From positions 1 through 64,000 of the IMG/VR virus record IMGVR_UViG_3300042691_008788: a stretch of DNA of 64,000 nucleotides; one strand, written 5' to 3'. Positions 8,375 through 18,864 of this stretch are shown piece by piece. Numbering within the stretch: position 1 is the first letter of the stretch; the number at the start of each line of letters is the position of its first letter. The position numbers were made by a program, and so were the translations under genes. The notes under the pieces were generated by a model that had not been told where the DNA came from, searched no databases, and saw only the letters and a list, made by a program, of their open reading frames with translations. The stretch comes from a virus.

Positions 8375-8737
8375 ATGCCATATAAAGATCCAGAACAAAA
8401 GAAGAAACATCGAAAAGCATACTATGAACGGACAAAGGCGCAAGCACACGAATACTACCTAGAAAACAAACTCAAGTTTCGTGATAGAAATCGTGTGGCT
8501 AGAAGAAGAAATACCGAATTTGTCAATGAATACAAAGTAAAACACGGGTGTAGTAAATGCGGATACAAAACCCATGCTTGTGGCATAGACTTTCATCACA
8601 CGGAAAAGAAGAAAGAGAATGTAGCAAGGATGGCAAAATCATGCCTTTCGATAGAAAGTCTTTTGGGGGAGATGTCGAAATGTATTTTGCTTTGTGCCAC
8701 TTGTCATAGAGAAGAGCATTACGCCAATAGATCGTAG
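8375..8737 (+). CDS. HNH homing endonuclease
   Basis: CSKC...DFHH...KC.LLCATCHREEH; lies between tRNA genes; CATAAATA late-type promoter at about 8348. Confidence 0.88.
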   Translation: MPYKDPEQKKKHRKAYYERTKAQAHEYYLENKLKFRDRNRVARRRNTEFVNEYKVKHGCSKCGYKTHACGIDFHHTEKKKENVARMAKSCLSIESLLGEMSKCILLCATCHREEHYANRS

Positions 8738-8745
8738 AAAACCTC

Positions 8746-8828
8746 GCCAGCGTGGTGGAATGGCATACACGGTTCACTCAAAATGAACTGATCGATAGAT
8801 CGTGCAGGTTCGAATCCTGTCGCTGGTA
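8746..8828 (+). tRNA. tRNA-Leu (CAA)
   Basis: GTTCA-CTCAAAA-TGAAC, long variable arm. Confidence 0.93.
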
Positions 8829-8830
8829 TT

Positions 8831-10642
8831 ATGAACAAAGAACGCTACATCGAACTCGACCGATCAGGAACAGGACTCACCAAGGAAGAGTGGGAGCAGG
8901 GTTGGCATTGGTGCAACGAATGGGATGGAATGCTTGTCGGTCCCAACACCGATGAAGCACTTGTCTGTTCTTGCAGCCATCCTGCCATCGAAGCATGGAA
9001 GGAATCGGAAGAGGGCAAGAAGTTGCAGAAGAAACTTGACGAGCGATTCGAAAAACTCACCGAGAAAAACTTCTTGATGGAGGACGGCAAGTGATCAAAA
9101 AGAAGGCTAAGACCACCCGCACCACCAAGATGGAGCGTCTGCGTATTGAAGCAGAGAAGAATCGTCCCGTGGGTGTGAGGGTTGTGTCGGAAGGACGATG
9201 CGAGGTGGAGATCACCACGCTTTACAACTCCACGATGCACAAGCGCATGGGAGGAGTTCGTGCTGACTATTTTGATACCTCTGAACCTGCGTCACCGACC
9301 GTCTACATGGACAATCCGCACAACTTGCGAATCCTTGCACAGGCTTTGCTTGCGGCAGCGGATTGGATGGAGGACGGCAAGTGAGCGGAAAGCAATACGA
9401 ACCAACCTACGAAGGTCAACTAGACAAGTGCCAAGACGAACGACACGCACTTCAAATGCAACTTGAGGAGTATCAGGAGTGTTTTGCAAATCTCCACAAG
9501 GAACACCATGAATTGTGGGATGATTTTGAGCGTGTCACGAAGGAACGGGATGAGGCTCGTAGGAGAATCTGCGAAACCACCGACATGACCAATCCCAGCG
9601 ATGATTGCTATGTGCGATTGACTCCGAAGCAGATTGCAGAGCATTATGGTTGGGATTGCTACAAAGAACCATATTGCTTTCGTGTAAACGGCGTTGTCGT
9701 TTCCAAGGGCAAGGCAGTCCCACCGAAGTTTGAACTTGGAGAGGATGACAAATGATTACAGCACTCTGGATCTGCATCTGTGTTTCTCTTGCCATGAATA
9801 TACTCATGGTGTTTTCTTATTACTTCCTCAATAATATTCCAGAGAGGACTGATCTGCTGAATTATGGATATACTCACTGGAAGCAATGGACGCAAACTGA
9901 AGTCGATGAACTCAAACGGGATAGACTATACCATAGTTCACGATTGGGGCATCAGGGCGCGGCAGTCCATCAGCACGATGAAAAGTTTAAGACATTGCAG
10001 CCTCTGATCGACTACATCAACCACAAGAACAATATGCAGAAGAAGGCAGACCTTGATGCAGCAGACAAGGCAAAACTCGCTGAACTCAAGAAGGCAGTAG
10101 GAGAACTACTCAAGTGAACTACGACAATGTGACAAACGACCCTTATCTTGATGAATACTACAAGATTCATAGAGGTTTTGGTCAACCTGAGATCATCGAC
10201 AAGATGATCTATGAACGCCACGATCAGCGCAACTGCTCACCCCGTGTGAGCGATGAGATTTTACATGCGGCAGATCGGATCAGAAACAAATGGGTGGAAG
10301 AAGAGGTTCGTGAGTTCGTGCTGCGTATGTCGTGGCATATCATGCACCTTGAGGAAACGCTCAAGCGAAACAACATTCCCCACGAACCCTACCGAAGTTA
10401 CTACAACATGCCAAAGGAGGAAAATACAGATGTGGCAGGATGATGATCATCTACATATTGACTACCGTCTTCGTGTCGCAACGAAGCGCAGCGATCTTCC
10501 TCCTGATGTTCTGACCCTGATCGGGCTGGCATATGGGAAGATTTGCCAACTTCAAAGGGAACTGAAGAATACGCAAAAAGAACTCAGCAATTACGCCATG
10601 GACAGGATTGCTAAGTTTGATGAGGAAAATGGGCTTATATAA
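8831..10642 (+). CDS. Six translationally coupled small hypothetical genes (8831-9094, 9091-9384, 9381-9755, 9752-10117, 10114-10443, 10430-10642)
   Basis: Mostly GTGA/ATGA stop-start overlaps, with GGAG-type RBSs. Confidence 0.7.
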
Positions 10643-10645
10643 ATA
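10638..10645 (+). promoter_or_regulatory. T4-type late promoter
   Basis: TATAAATA upstream of the 10668 gene. Confidence 0.8.
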
Positions 10646-10667
10646 CCTCCATACAGGAGATATTCAG

Positions 10668-11213
10668 ATGAAGTCATACAGAGAATTCGTAACAGAGGCA
10701 GCATCCCGTTCCCTTTCCCGCCTACACAGCCATATTGAGCGTGGGCATATGGTAGGTTTCATCTCAGCAAGCCGTGGGAATCTTTCTCCCGCCGAGAACA
10801 ACAAGCGGACGAAGGCACTCAAGGCAAGCCTCAAGCAGCATGGATATACTCCTGTTCCTGTAAAGGGCGAGTACATCGAAGACCACAATGGAGAGAAGAA
10901 GAAGGTGAAGGAGAAGTCCTTCATGGTCCATTCAGGACAACCTGTTCAATGGTCAAGCAATCCAAACGCAGGACATGCCATCTTCTTGAAGAATCTCAAG
11001 AAGCACGGAGAGCAGTTTGGTCAAGACACCGTTCTTTCTGTTTCAAAGAAGCATGGTTCTGTGTTCCATGGAACGGGCAAGTCTGATTGGGTTCCCAAGG
11101 GTAAGAGAGCGCGTATTGGCGGGGCTGGTCTGAAGTCTGGTCCTGAGATTGAAAAGGGTGAGTTCAAGTCCCGACTGAAGAAGCGACCCTTCATCGTCGG
11201 TGGAGGTGACTGA
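10668..11213 (+). CDS. Probable internal head protein with capsid-targeting leader; DUF3293-like core
   Basis: MKSYREFVTE|A resembles the T4 IP leader MKTYQEFIAE; core GFISASR...ENN.R...L...GY.PV.G.Y.E...EKSF. Confidence 0.7.
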   Translation: MKSYREFVTEAASRSLSRLHSHIERGHMVGFISASRGNLSPAENNKRTKALKASLKQHGYTPVPVKGEYIEDHNGEKKKVKEKSFMVHSGQPVQWSSNPNAGHAIFLKNLKKHGEQFGQDTVLSVSKKHGSVFHGTGKSDWVPKGKRARIGGAGLKSGPEIEKGEFKSRLKKRPFIVGGGD

Positions 11214-11434
11214 TGAGTTTCTATACAGCATGGATGAATAGTTTTCGTGGAAAGTGCAAGTTTGATGTTTCACTATTCGCACTTTCTGAAGAAGAGCGAA
11301 AGGCAGAGTTCGGAGAAGACGACCCCGTCGATGAACTTCGCAATATGACAGCAAGTGAGAGAATCGCAATGTACGGAACAGACTTTTCTGAATACTTCAA
11401 CAAGTCTGTCATGAACCCCGACCACGGCATTTGA
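11213..11434 (+). CDS. Hypothetical protein
   Basis: TGATG coupling, GGAGGT RBS. Confidence 0.6.
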   Translation: MSFYTAWMNSFRGKCKFDVSLFALSEEERKAEFGEDDPVDELRNMTASERIAMYGTDFSEYFNKSVMNPDHGI

Positions 11435-11490
11435 TTCAGAATCATTAGTCAACGATCCAAAGATTCTTTTCAAAACACGATCCAAGGTAG

Positions 11491-11518
11491 TTGACAGCGA
11501 ACGAATCTGCCATATACT
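11491..11518 (+). promoter_or_regulatory. Sigma70-like early promoter
   Basis: TTGACA-N16-TATACT. Confidence 0.75.
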
Positions 11519-11602
11519 TGTAGCACAACAGTTGAGGAGCGCACGGGACTGCGGTGCGCGGCCTCTTTCAAAGTGAAGCAGTCAATGTAGGAGTGTAAGA
11601 CT

Positions 11603-11896
11603 ATGGCAACCGCCACCAAGACCCGTTCGACCCGTTCGCTCTCCAAGACCCGTCAGGTCATCAACTATCTCTCGTCAGGCAAGACCCTGAGTGCGGCTCA
11701 GGCCAACAGCAAGTTCGGCGTGAAGAACCTCCGCGCGATGATCTCCAGCATCCGTGAGCGTGTTGAGGCGCACGGCAACTGGGAGATCCTCACCGAGTCG
11801 AACAGCCGTGGTGACACGCTCTACCGCATGGTGGACATCCACCCTGGCACCCGCACCTACGGGTTCGACAAGAACGGCAACCGCTACTCGCTGTAA
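11603..11896 (+). CDS. Winged-helix DNA-binding protein
   Basis: V..YL.SGKTLS..QA..KFGVKNLRA.IS.IR wHTH pattern; strongly biased codon usage. Confidence 0.75.
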   Translation: MATATKTRSTRSLSKTRQVINYLSSGKTLSAAQANSKFGVKNLRAMISSIRERVEAHGNWEILTESNSRGDTLYRMVDIHPGTRTYGFDKNGNRYSL

Positions 11897-11988
11897 ACTG
11901 ACAGAATATATTGTTAATGTCCGCGTGGGAACGGCGGTCGGCTTCAGCGGATGAGCCGATACTGAAACTCTAGTACTAGTCTAGAACG

Positions 11989-12024
11989 ACGGCAGGGGCT
12001 AACACCCCCTGCCGTTCCCTTTTT
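11989..12024 (+). terminator. Intrinsic terminator
   Basis: ACGGCAGGGG-CTAACAC-CCCCTGCCGT then CCCTTTTT. Confidence 0.75.
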
Positions 12025-12036
12025 ATGGAGAGACAT

Positions 12037-12180
12037 ATGGAAAACCGAAGACACAGCGCGGGGAAAGGTGATTCCTACAGACCCGTCGATCAGAAGAAGT
12101 GGTCGGACAACTGGGACAGAATCTTTGGCAAGAAGAAGCCGAAGAAAGATTCCAAGACCAAGAAGCCCAAGAAGGCTTGA
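12037..12180 (+). CDS. Small conserved phage protein (GKG..RP....NWDRIF)
   Basis: Not in ORF track; MENRRHSAGKGDSYRPVDQKKWSDNWDRIFGKKK...; GGAGA RBS. Confidence 0.7.
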   Translation: MENRRHSAGKGDSYRPVDQKKWSDNWDRIFGKKKPKKDSKTKKPKKA

Positions 12181-12212
12181 CAGCCCATACCGCCAAAGTA
12201 AAATCACCACAC

Positions 12213-12286
12213 GCACCTGTAACTCAGTTGGATAGAGTAACGGATTTCTAATCCGTCTGTCGCAGGTTCGAATCCTGCCAGGTGTG
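12213..12286 (+). tRNA. tRNA-Arg (UCU)
   Basis: ACGGA-TTTCTAA-TCCGT; own promoter TTGACA-N16-TAAAAT at 12177. Confidence 0.95.
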
Positions 12287-12327
12287 CTTATGACAAACAT
12301 CCACAACATTGTTCAAGGAGCAGACCG

Positions 12328-12830
12328 ATGAAGGATCTCATGTCACGCTACGGACAGGTTCGCAAGGTAACTGACAACGGACACGGCATTTTCACAATCG
12401 AAGGCGAGTCTCGCTATTGGAGAGCGGGAATGTCCGAGGACAACACCAAGGTTGCATATGTCGATCCCGAAGGCGGTCCATTCATTCACATTGATGAGGA
12501 CTACGGATTCGGAAAGATCCGCGAAATCCACATCGATAAGTCCGTGAAGGAGAACTATTTCAAAGTTCGTGTCGAGGTGGATGTCTGATGCAACCGAAGA
12601 AGCCAAAGTATCGCACACATGGTGAAATTCACAAGATCATCCATGACTCTCGCAGAGAAGCAAGCAGTCCACACGGTCCCCCACTAGAACCGACATACAT
12701 TGACTTGCTTGAAGTAGCAGAACAACTACTCAGAGACAACGAATTTTTGCAGTCTTCACTCGCTTTGTATGAGATGGTGGAGGAAGCAAACCACAACACA
12801 GCGGAATTTAGGAAAGCACACAAGTTCTGA
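12328..12830 (+). CDS. Two coupled hypothetical genes (12328-12588, 12588-12830)
   Basis: AAGGAG RBS, TGATG coupling. Confidence 0.7.
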
Positions 12831-13018
12831 TAGACAAATGGTCATCCCGCGACTGAAATGACCAGGAGCCTCTTTTGGAGGCTCTGTCTATTTGTGAACT
12901 TTGAAGTGCAAAAACACACAAATTGGCCTAAAAATCAGAAATGGGGTCAATTTCTGGAAAAATCTGAAAAAAATATCACCTTTTTTGGATTTTTTTCCGT
13001 TTTTGGTGGCTTAGGGTC

Positions 13019-13046
13019 TTGCATTTGGACGATTTACTGTCATACT
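13019..13046 (+). promoter_or_regulatory. Early promoter with upstream phased A/T tracts
   Basis: TTGCAT-N16-CATACT; A/T runs about every 10 bp over 12910-13005. Confidence 0.6.
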
Positions 13047-13053
13047 CATGTGC

Positions 13054-14575
13054 ATGGTGATCAACAAGACCAAGCGTCACGCGACCAACCCAGCAAATTG
13101 CGTGGAGTCATTCGTCTTCTCCTACCGCTGCCACACTGCCAACAGCAGCAAGGCATGGCCCATGGAGGGAAAGACGGGACATTTCCTGTTCCACAACGGG
13201 TACAACGATCAGACGCGCCTTCGTGGGCGTTGGCATGACCAGTGCATCGGCTTCTTCGATCTTGGCAACGGCATGGTGCGCTGCATTGGCGGCATCTTCT
13301 CAGTCGATCCGAAGAGGGGGCAGTGGAACACCTTCTCCACGACGGATCTCCCGAAGGAAGAAGCCCGTGCGCTCTATGCGGCCTCGCGTGATTTCACTTG
13401 GCGCGGTCCCGTGACGGTTTCCCACAACCATCAGTTCATCTGAGGAGACAACTTCATGAGCAAGTACCAAGGCGACCCCGATCTTGAGCGTCTTTGCAAC
13501 GATGCAATGACCGAATGTGAATCGATCAACACCGAAAGGACGAATTGAACATGAGCAAGACCACCGTTGGATCGTCAACTCTCGCCTCGCTGAATCAGAC
13601 TCTCGTCAACATGACTGCGGCCTCTCGCAATGAGGCCAAGAGCAAGCCGCGTCCGTCTGCGATCAAGGACGGCATCACCTACGATGGGCTGATTCGCAGG
13701 AGCGAGAAGAAGGAGACGCAGACGCACACCCTTGAGGACGCGCTCCGCAGCATCTCCGACATCCGCAAGCGCATCGGCAACCTGTACGCGCAGGGCAAGT
13801 TCAACAGCAACAGCCTCGCAAGCATCCTGACTCAGGTTGACAATGCCATCTTCTTCAAGTCCTGCGGCGAATTCGACCGCGCGGTCGCTCAGTGCAATGC
13901 ATGTGCGCTCGACCTCGACAATCGCAACTTCTGAACAAGGAAACACATGAACTTCTACAGCGAAAACGACCTCCCCGACCGCCCGACGATCTCCGCGCAG
14001 GAGAATGTCAATACGCTCGACCTCATCGGCAAGATCCTTGTCGCATATGCGACAAAGGGTGTTCCCATGGACCCCATGACCGCTTCGTCTCTGGCAATCC
14101 TCGCATCGGACTGCCGCGTGTACAGCACGGTGCGCGATCAGGAATCGCTCACGGACGAGAACAGCAAGAGCGTCCTGTCTGTCTTCGCAGCACAGAAGAC
14201 CTATGAGAAGGATCTTTCTGATGCTGCTGACGCGATCATTGCCGATCTTCGCAAGAGCGGCATCAACATCTGAGGAAACTCACAATGACGAACACCGACA
14301 ACATCTCCGATACTCTCAGTCGCCTCAATCTTGTCGCGGATCCTGTCAATCGTGGCTTCACGATGACCTTCAAGAACCGCGTCACCGTGTCCATCCGTTG
14401 GGGAAACTTCAACTACTCTGACCGCAAGACCACGGCAGAGTGCGCGGCGTGGAATGCGGACACCCATGATTGGGTCCGTGTTCCCGATTTCGGTGACTAC
14501 GATTCTGTCATCGGGCATCTGAACACCGATGATGTCGCCAAGTTCATGTACAACGCCTCGACCATGACTCTCTGA
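13054..14575 (+). CDS. Early hypothetical genes (13054-13443, 13551-13934, 13947-14273, 14285-14575)
   Basis: GC-rich, C-ending codon usage; RBSs on all but the first. Confidence 0.7.
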
Positions 14576-14588
14576 GGAAAAACTCACA

Positions 14589-15014
14589 ATGAATTTCACC
14601 AATCTCACTCTCTCGACCATCGTTGTTGCTGTTGCTGCCACCTCTGCGGTCGCTGTTCCCCCGCCGAAGGGTCACGATACTGATAAGATTCTCGACGCGA
14701 TCCGCGTGACGGAGACTGGCGGCGAGAAGGATCCCGCGAATGCAGTCGGTGATGGCGGCAAGGCCATCGGTCCATTCCAAATTCACTACTCGTATTGGAA
14801 GGATGCAGTTGAATTTGATACTTCCATCGGTGGGAAGTACTCAGACTGCAAGGATGAAGCCTACGCGAGGAAGATCATCGTGGCGTATTGGACTCGCTAT
14901 GCACCGAATTGGTCATTCGAAACCCTCTCGCGGACGCACAACGGGGGACCAAAAGGTAGTAAAAAGTCCTCAACTCTGGATTATTGGTCGAAAGTGCGGA
15001 AAAACCTCGACTGA
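14589..15014 (+). CDS. Secreted i-type (destabilase-like) lysozyme
   Basis: N-terminal signal peptide; ETGG...GDGG.AIGPFQI...YWKDA...HNGGP.G motifs. Confidence 0.8.
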   Translation: MNFTNLTLSTIVVAVAATSAVAVPPPKGHDTDKILDAIRVTETGGEKDPANAVGDGGKAIGPFQIHYSYWKDAVEFDTSIGGKYSDCKDEAYARKIIVAYWTRYAPNWSFETLSRTHNGGPKGSKKSSTLDYWSKVRKNLD

Positions 15015-15089
15015 TGGCGTTCGTAAGTCCTTATGGGACTGCGATTTACAGAAAAATGAACTTTTTTCGCCACTTTTCGTCCGACCCCG

Positions 15090-15118
15090 TTGACGGCACG
15101 GCCAAAGTATCAGATACT
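15090..15118 (+). promoter_or_regulatory. Early promoter (probably leaderless) for the AAA gene
   Basis: TTGACG-N17-GATACT, ATG 7 nt downstream. Confidence 0.65.
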
Positions 15119-15124
15119 CATGGC

Positions 15125-16408
15125 ATGTCGATGAAGAACACCAAGACGGCTTCCACCTCCCGCAACACCAACAAGGGCAACAGCATGAGCGCATACAGCA
15201 ACCTTCAGACTCGTCAGCGTCGTTTCGTGGATACCATCGTCAACCTCTTCGCCAACGGCGACGGCGAATACAACTACACTCGTCCGCAAGTGCTTGCCGC
15301 CGCTGAGGCTTGCAGCATGAGCGGTGCGCCAGTGTGGGTCACGAACGACAGCAAGCGTCGTGCGGGTCGCGGCCTGTACAGCATCCCCGAAGCGGCTTCC
15401 GCCAACGGTTCCGCTGCTCCCGCCAAGCCGCAAGTCCGCGCCGCTGCTGTCGCTCAGGTCGATGAGGCGGCACCCGCTCCCGCGTCGGTCGCGGCTCTCG
15501 TCACTCACACCGAATCGTTCGTCCCCGCGATCAATCCGATCTATGTGCCGTGGGGCAACTTCTCGACCCTCCGCAGCATCGTCAAGTCCAAGGTGTTCTT
15601 CCCCGCTTGGATCAACGGCCTGTCGGGCAACGGCAAGACCCTGATGGTCGAGCAGATTTGCGCGAAGGAAGGCCGCGAGTTCTTCCGCGTCAACATCACT
15701 GAGGAGACGGACGAAGACGATCTCCTTGGCGGCTTCCGCCTCATCAACGGCAACACCGTGTGGGTCGATGGCCCCGTGGTCGAAGCCATGAAGCGCGGTG
15801 CGGTGCTGCTGCTTGACGAACTCGACCTTGGCTCGTTCAAGACGATGTGCCTTCAGCCCGTGCTTGAGGGCAAGCCCGTGTTCCTCAAGAAGGTTGGCCG
15901 TCTCATCAAGCCTGAGCGCGGCTTCACCGTGTTCGCCACTGCGAACACGAAGGGCAAGGGTTCGGACGATGGTCGCTTCGTCGGCACCCGCGTTCAGAAT
16001 GAGGCTCTGCTTGAGCGGTTCAAGGTTACGGTCGATCAGCCGTACCCGCCGCTTGCGACCGAGATTTCGATCCTCACGAAGGCGTTCGATGCGCTTGGCG
16101 TGGACGAGAAGGTCTACACTCCGATTGCTGAGAACCTTGCGCGTTGGTCGGATTCGATCCGCAAGGCGGTCGATTCGGGTGCGGACATTGATGAGGTTGT
16201 CTCGACCCGCCGTCTCGTCGCGATTGCCGAAGGTTTCGTGATCTTCGGTGATCTCAAGGTTGCGATGAATCTCGCGCTGTCGCGGTTCGATGAGAACACG
16301 CGCAACACCTTCCACGACTTCTACAACAAGATCGCCGCGACCAACGATCAGGCGAAGGAAGAGCCGAAGGCCGCGAAGGCCGCTGCTGATGCGGCTGTTC
16401 CGTTCTGA
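15125..16408 (+). CDS. MoxR/CobS-like AAA+ ATPase
   Basis: Walker A GLSGNGKT, Walker B LLLDE, ATANTKGKG, NEALLERF, STRRL; typical T4-like 'cobS'. Confidence 0.93.
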   Translation: MSMKNTKTASTSRNTNKGNSMSAYSNLQTRQRRFVDTIVNLFANGDGEYNYTRPQVLAAAEACSMSGAPVWVTNDSKRRAGRGLYSIPEAASANGSAAPAKPQVRAAAVAQVDEAAPAPASVAALVTHTESFVPAINPIYVPWGNFSTLRSIVKSKVFFPAWINGLSGNGKTLMVEQICAKEGREFFRVNITEETDEDDLLGGFRLINGNTVWVDGPVVEAMKRGAVLLLDELDLGSFKTMCLQPVLEGKPVFLKKVGRLIKPERGFTVFATANTKGKGSDDGRFVGTRVQNEALLERFKVTVDQPYPPLATEISILTKAFDALGVDEKVYTPIAENLARWSDSIRKAVDSGADIDEVVSTRRLVAIAEGFVIFGDLKVAMNLALSRFDENTRNTFHDFYNKIAATNDQAKEEPKAAKAAADAAVPF

Positions 16409-16486
16409 TGCGGGACAATCGGGGGGCGATGCGACCGCCCCGTTCGCAAGTTCGACTTTCAGAAAACTCACACAGAGAAACACACA

Positions 16487-17382
16487 ATGAGCAACACCAA
16501 CATTCCATCGTTCAACGACATCTGTGGCACCGTGACTCAGGCTCTCGCTGAAACCATCATTAACCGAGAGGCTCTCATCACGCAACTGCGCGAGGAAAAT
16601 GCCAACCTCAAGTCCGCTCTCAACCGACGCAACAACCGCGCAGACTTCCGCTGCTGCAATGAGCAGAAGTCAGATTCCGATCCCGCGACTGGCGTTCAGT
16701 ACGGTGATCTTCACTAATCGTTTCATCGTTTCACAAGTCTCACTTTCACTTTCTCACTTTTCACACTAGGAGAATCTCACAATGGCCCGTAAGCCCATCA
16801 ACCCGAACATCATTGATTGGAACGCCGTCGAAGCGACCCTCAACAACGGCAAGACGAACTTCAAGACGCTTGGCAAGTTGAACAAGGTGTCCGCGTCCAC
16901 GATCCGTCGCCTGATGCTTGCCCGTTACGGCACCCGCATCACCCTCAAGCGTGGTCGAGCGGTCGGTGGAATCTCTTGGAGCGTCAGCGTTCCCACGGCG
17001 GCAGTGCCGTCGAACCCTCCGACGACTGAGGACAACAGCAACGACAGCAACGCCTGAGTACGAAAACTCAAACACGGAGTCTCAAATGACCGAAACCGAA
17101 AATGAAACTTACAATGGTTGGGCGACCCGTTCCACTTGGAACATTGCCCTGTGGATCAGCAACGATCAGAATCTTTATCGTTCTGCCACCGAAGCGGTTG
17201 ACACTCTCACTCGTCGCGGTACACTTAATGAGTCGCTGACTCCATCATGGGCGAAGGCGTTCGCATCGGTTGCGTTCGACAGGTGCTTCGGGAAGGAAGA
17301 GACTCCCGATGGCTACAGCGTGAACGACAAGAGCATCGACTGGACAGAGATCGCCAAGATGCTTCGTGAGATGGGCAACTAA
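16487..17382 (+). CDS. Three early hypothetical genes (16487-16717; 16782-17057 HTH-like; 17086-17382 YNGW.T..TWN.ALW..ND family)
   Basis: RBSs and codon usage; recognisable conserved motif in the third. Confidence 0.7.
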
Positions 17383-17399
17383 GAGAAAGGAAACACACA

Positions 17400-17711
17400 A
17401 TGACCGACGATAGCAAGTACGACATTCTGTTCAGCAACGACGAAGCCGTTCGCCCGTGGAGCATCACCGCATCCTCCCTTGAGGAGGACTACGACGATGA
17501 TGAGGACTTCGATGATGAGGAGGAGTTCGAAGACGAGGACGAAGACTTCGATGATGAGGAAGAGGAGTTCGAAGAGGACGAGGACGGCGAAGAGTGGGAA
17601 GATGACGAGGGCGAAGAGGAGGAAGAGGACTTCGATGACGAAGACTTCGAAGATGAGGAGTTCGATGACGAAGACTTCGAAGATGATGAGTTCGATGATG
17701 ACGATGAGTGA
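17400..17711 (+). CDS. Highly acidic D/E-rich protein
   Basis: C-terminal part almost entirely D/E, with regularly spaced F; AAAGGA RBS. Confidence 0.75.
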   Translation: MTDDSKYDILFSNDEAVRPWSITASSLEEDYDDDEDFDDEEEFEDEDEDFDDEEEEFEEDEDGEEWEDDEGEEEEEDFDDEDFEDEEFDDEDFEDDEFDDDDE

Positions 17712-17745
17712 AGTTTGAGTTTCGCCACGGCGGCAGAGGCAAAGT

Positions 17746-18779
17746 ATGAATTACGAATATGACTACGAATACACAAACGAAGTCATCAGGGAGCAGAACG
17801 AACTACTCCTAAACTTTTCCTCTGCCGCCAAGAAAGAGTATGAACACAAACTCATTGAAGAACAGCAGAAGTTTGCACACACAATTGAAACATTGAAAAA
17901 ACAAGTTTTGGCGGCGATGGCAGAAGTCGCCAAGGCAAAACAGGAAGCGAACGAGTGGCGCAAGGCTTATGAAGACCTTGCAAAGTGTCTCTGAAAACCA
18001 ACAAAGGAATCTCACAATGAGCAATCTTGACAATGCCCGTTCCGTTGCAGAGGACACCATCAACCGCACCATGAACACGGAGGTCGGTCGCAAGATCATC
18101 ACTTCCAAGTTGATTGCGTTGACGCAGGAGAATGTGCGGCTCAAGCGCAAGGTGGCAGATGATCGCATTGCGGTCTTCACCCTCAATGCACTCTCTCGCA
18201 TTCTCGTCCGCAAGATTGAGAACAACCATCGTCTTCTCAATCAGCACAGCGTTCCGATGGACGATGTTTCCATTCGGCTCTCGCGCGAACTTGAGAACTT
18301 CACTCGCGAGAACTACGGGAACGAGATGATGGATCGCGTCGAGCGCATCCTCAAGGACACCGAAGGAGACGATATTCTTCTCCGCGACCTCATCGGCAAG
18401 GAGGCCGAAATCAACAATGCCTAATATCAAGTTCATGCTCGTTTGTGAGAATCTTGTTTCGTACATCGTCACCACTCCGTTCACCGCGGTAAGCGAACTT
18501 CAAGAATGGCTCGACACGATTGCGGGAAATGCAAAGTTCGTGTGTGATCCAATCGCACATCTTCCACCGCGATCATTCGCAAATCTTCTCATTGCAGAAG
18601 ATGAAGAAGAGGAAATCGGTCCCGTGAAGAACTTCGCAAAGATCGAACACAGCAGCACATGGAAGGATTGCCATGGAACACTACTTGTCGATGACAACGA
18701 TTCTGTGTTCTATTGGGTGCGAGACAAGAATGAGTCTGGCAACTGGACACTTCCCGCGATGCTGAAACAGGGAGTCTAA
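17746..18779 (+). CDS. Three hypothetical genes (17746-17994, 18017-18424, 18417-18779)
   Basis: Co-directional ORFs with RBSs; coiled-coil character in the first two. Confidence 0.65.
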
Positions 18780-18790
18780 AAAATCACACT

Positions 18791-18864
18791 GCCCCCGTAG
18801 CGTAGTTGGATAGCGCGGGTCTTTCCTAAAGACCAGGTCATAGGTTCGAATCCTATCGGGGGCG
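18791..18864 (+). tRNA. tRNA-Arg (CCU)
   Basis: GGTCT-TTCCTAA-AGACC; acceptor GCCCCCG/CGGGGGC. Confidence 0.95.

Noticed and set aside
11935-11975. Hammerhead ribozyme (GATGAG...GAAAC)
   Set aside because: The CUGAUGA core is not intact (CGGATGA), and the stems do not fit the hammerhead arrangement.
17464-17776. Poly-Ser and His/Arg-rich ORFs in other frames
   Set aside because: Alternative frames of the GAY/GAR-rich acidic gene, which has the RBS and start motif.
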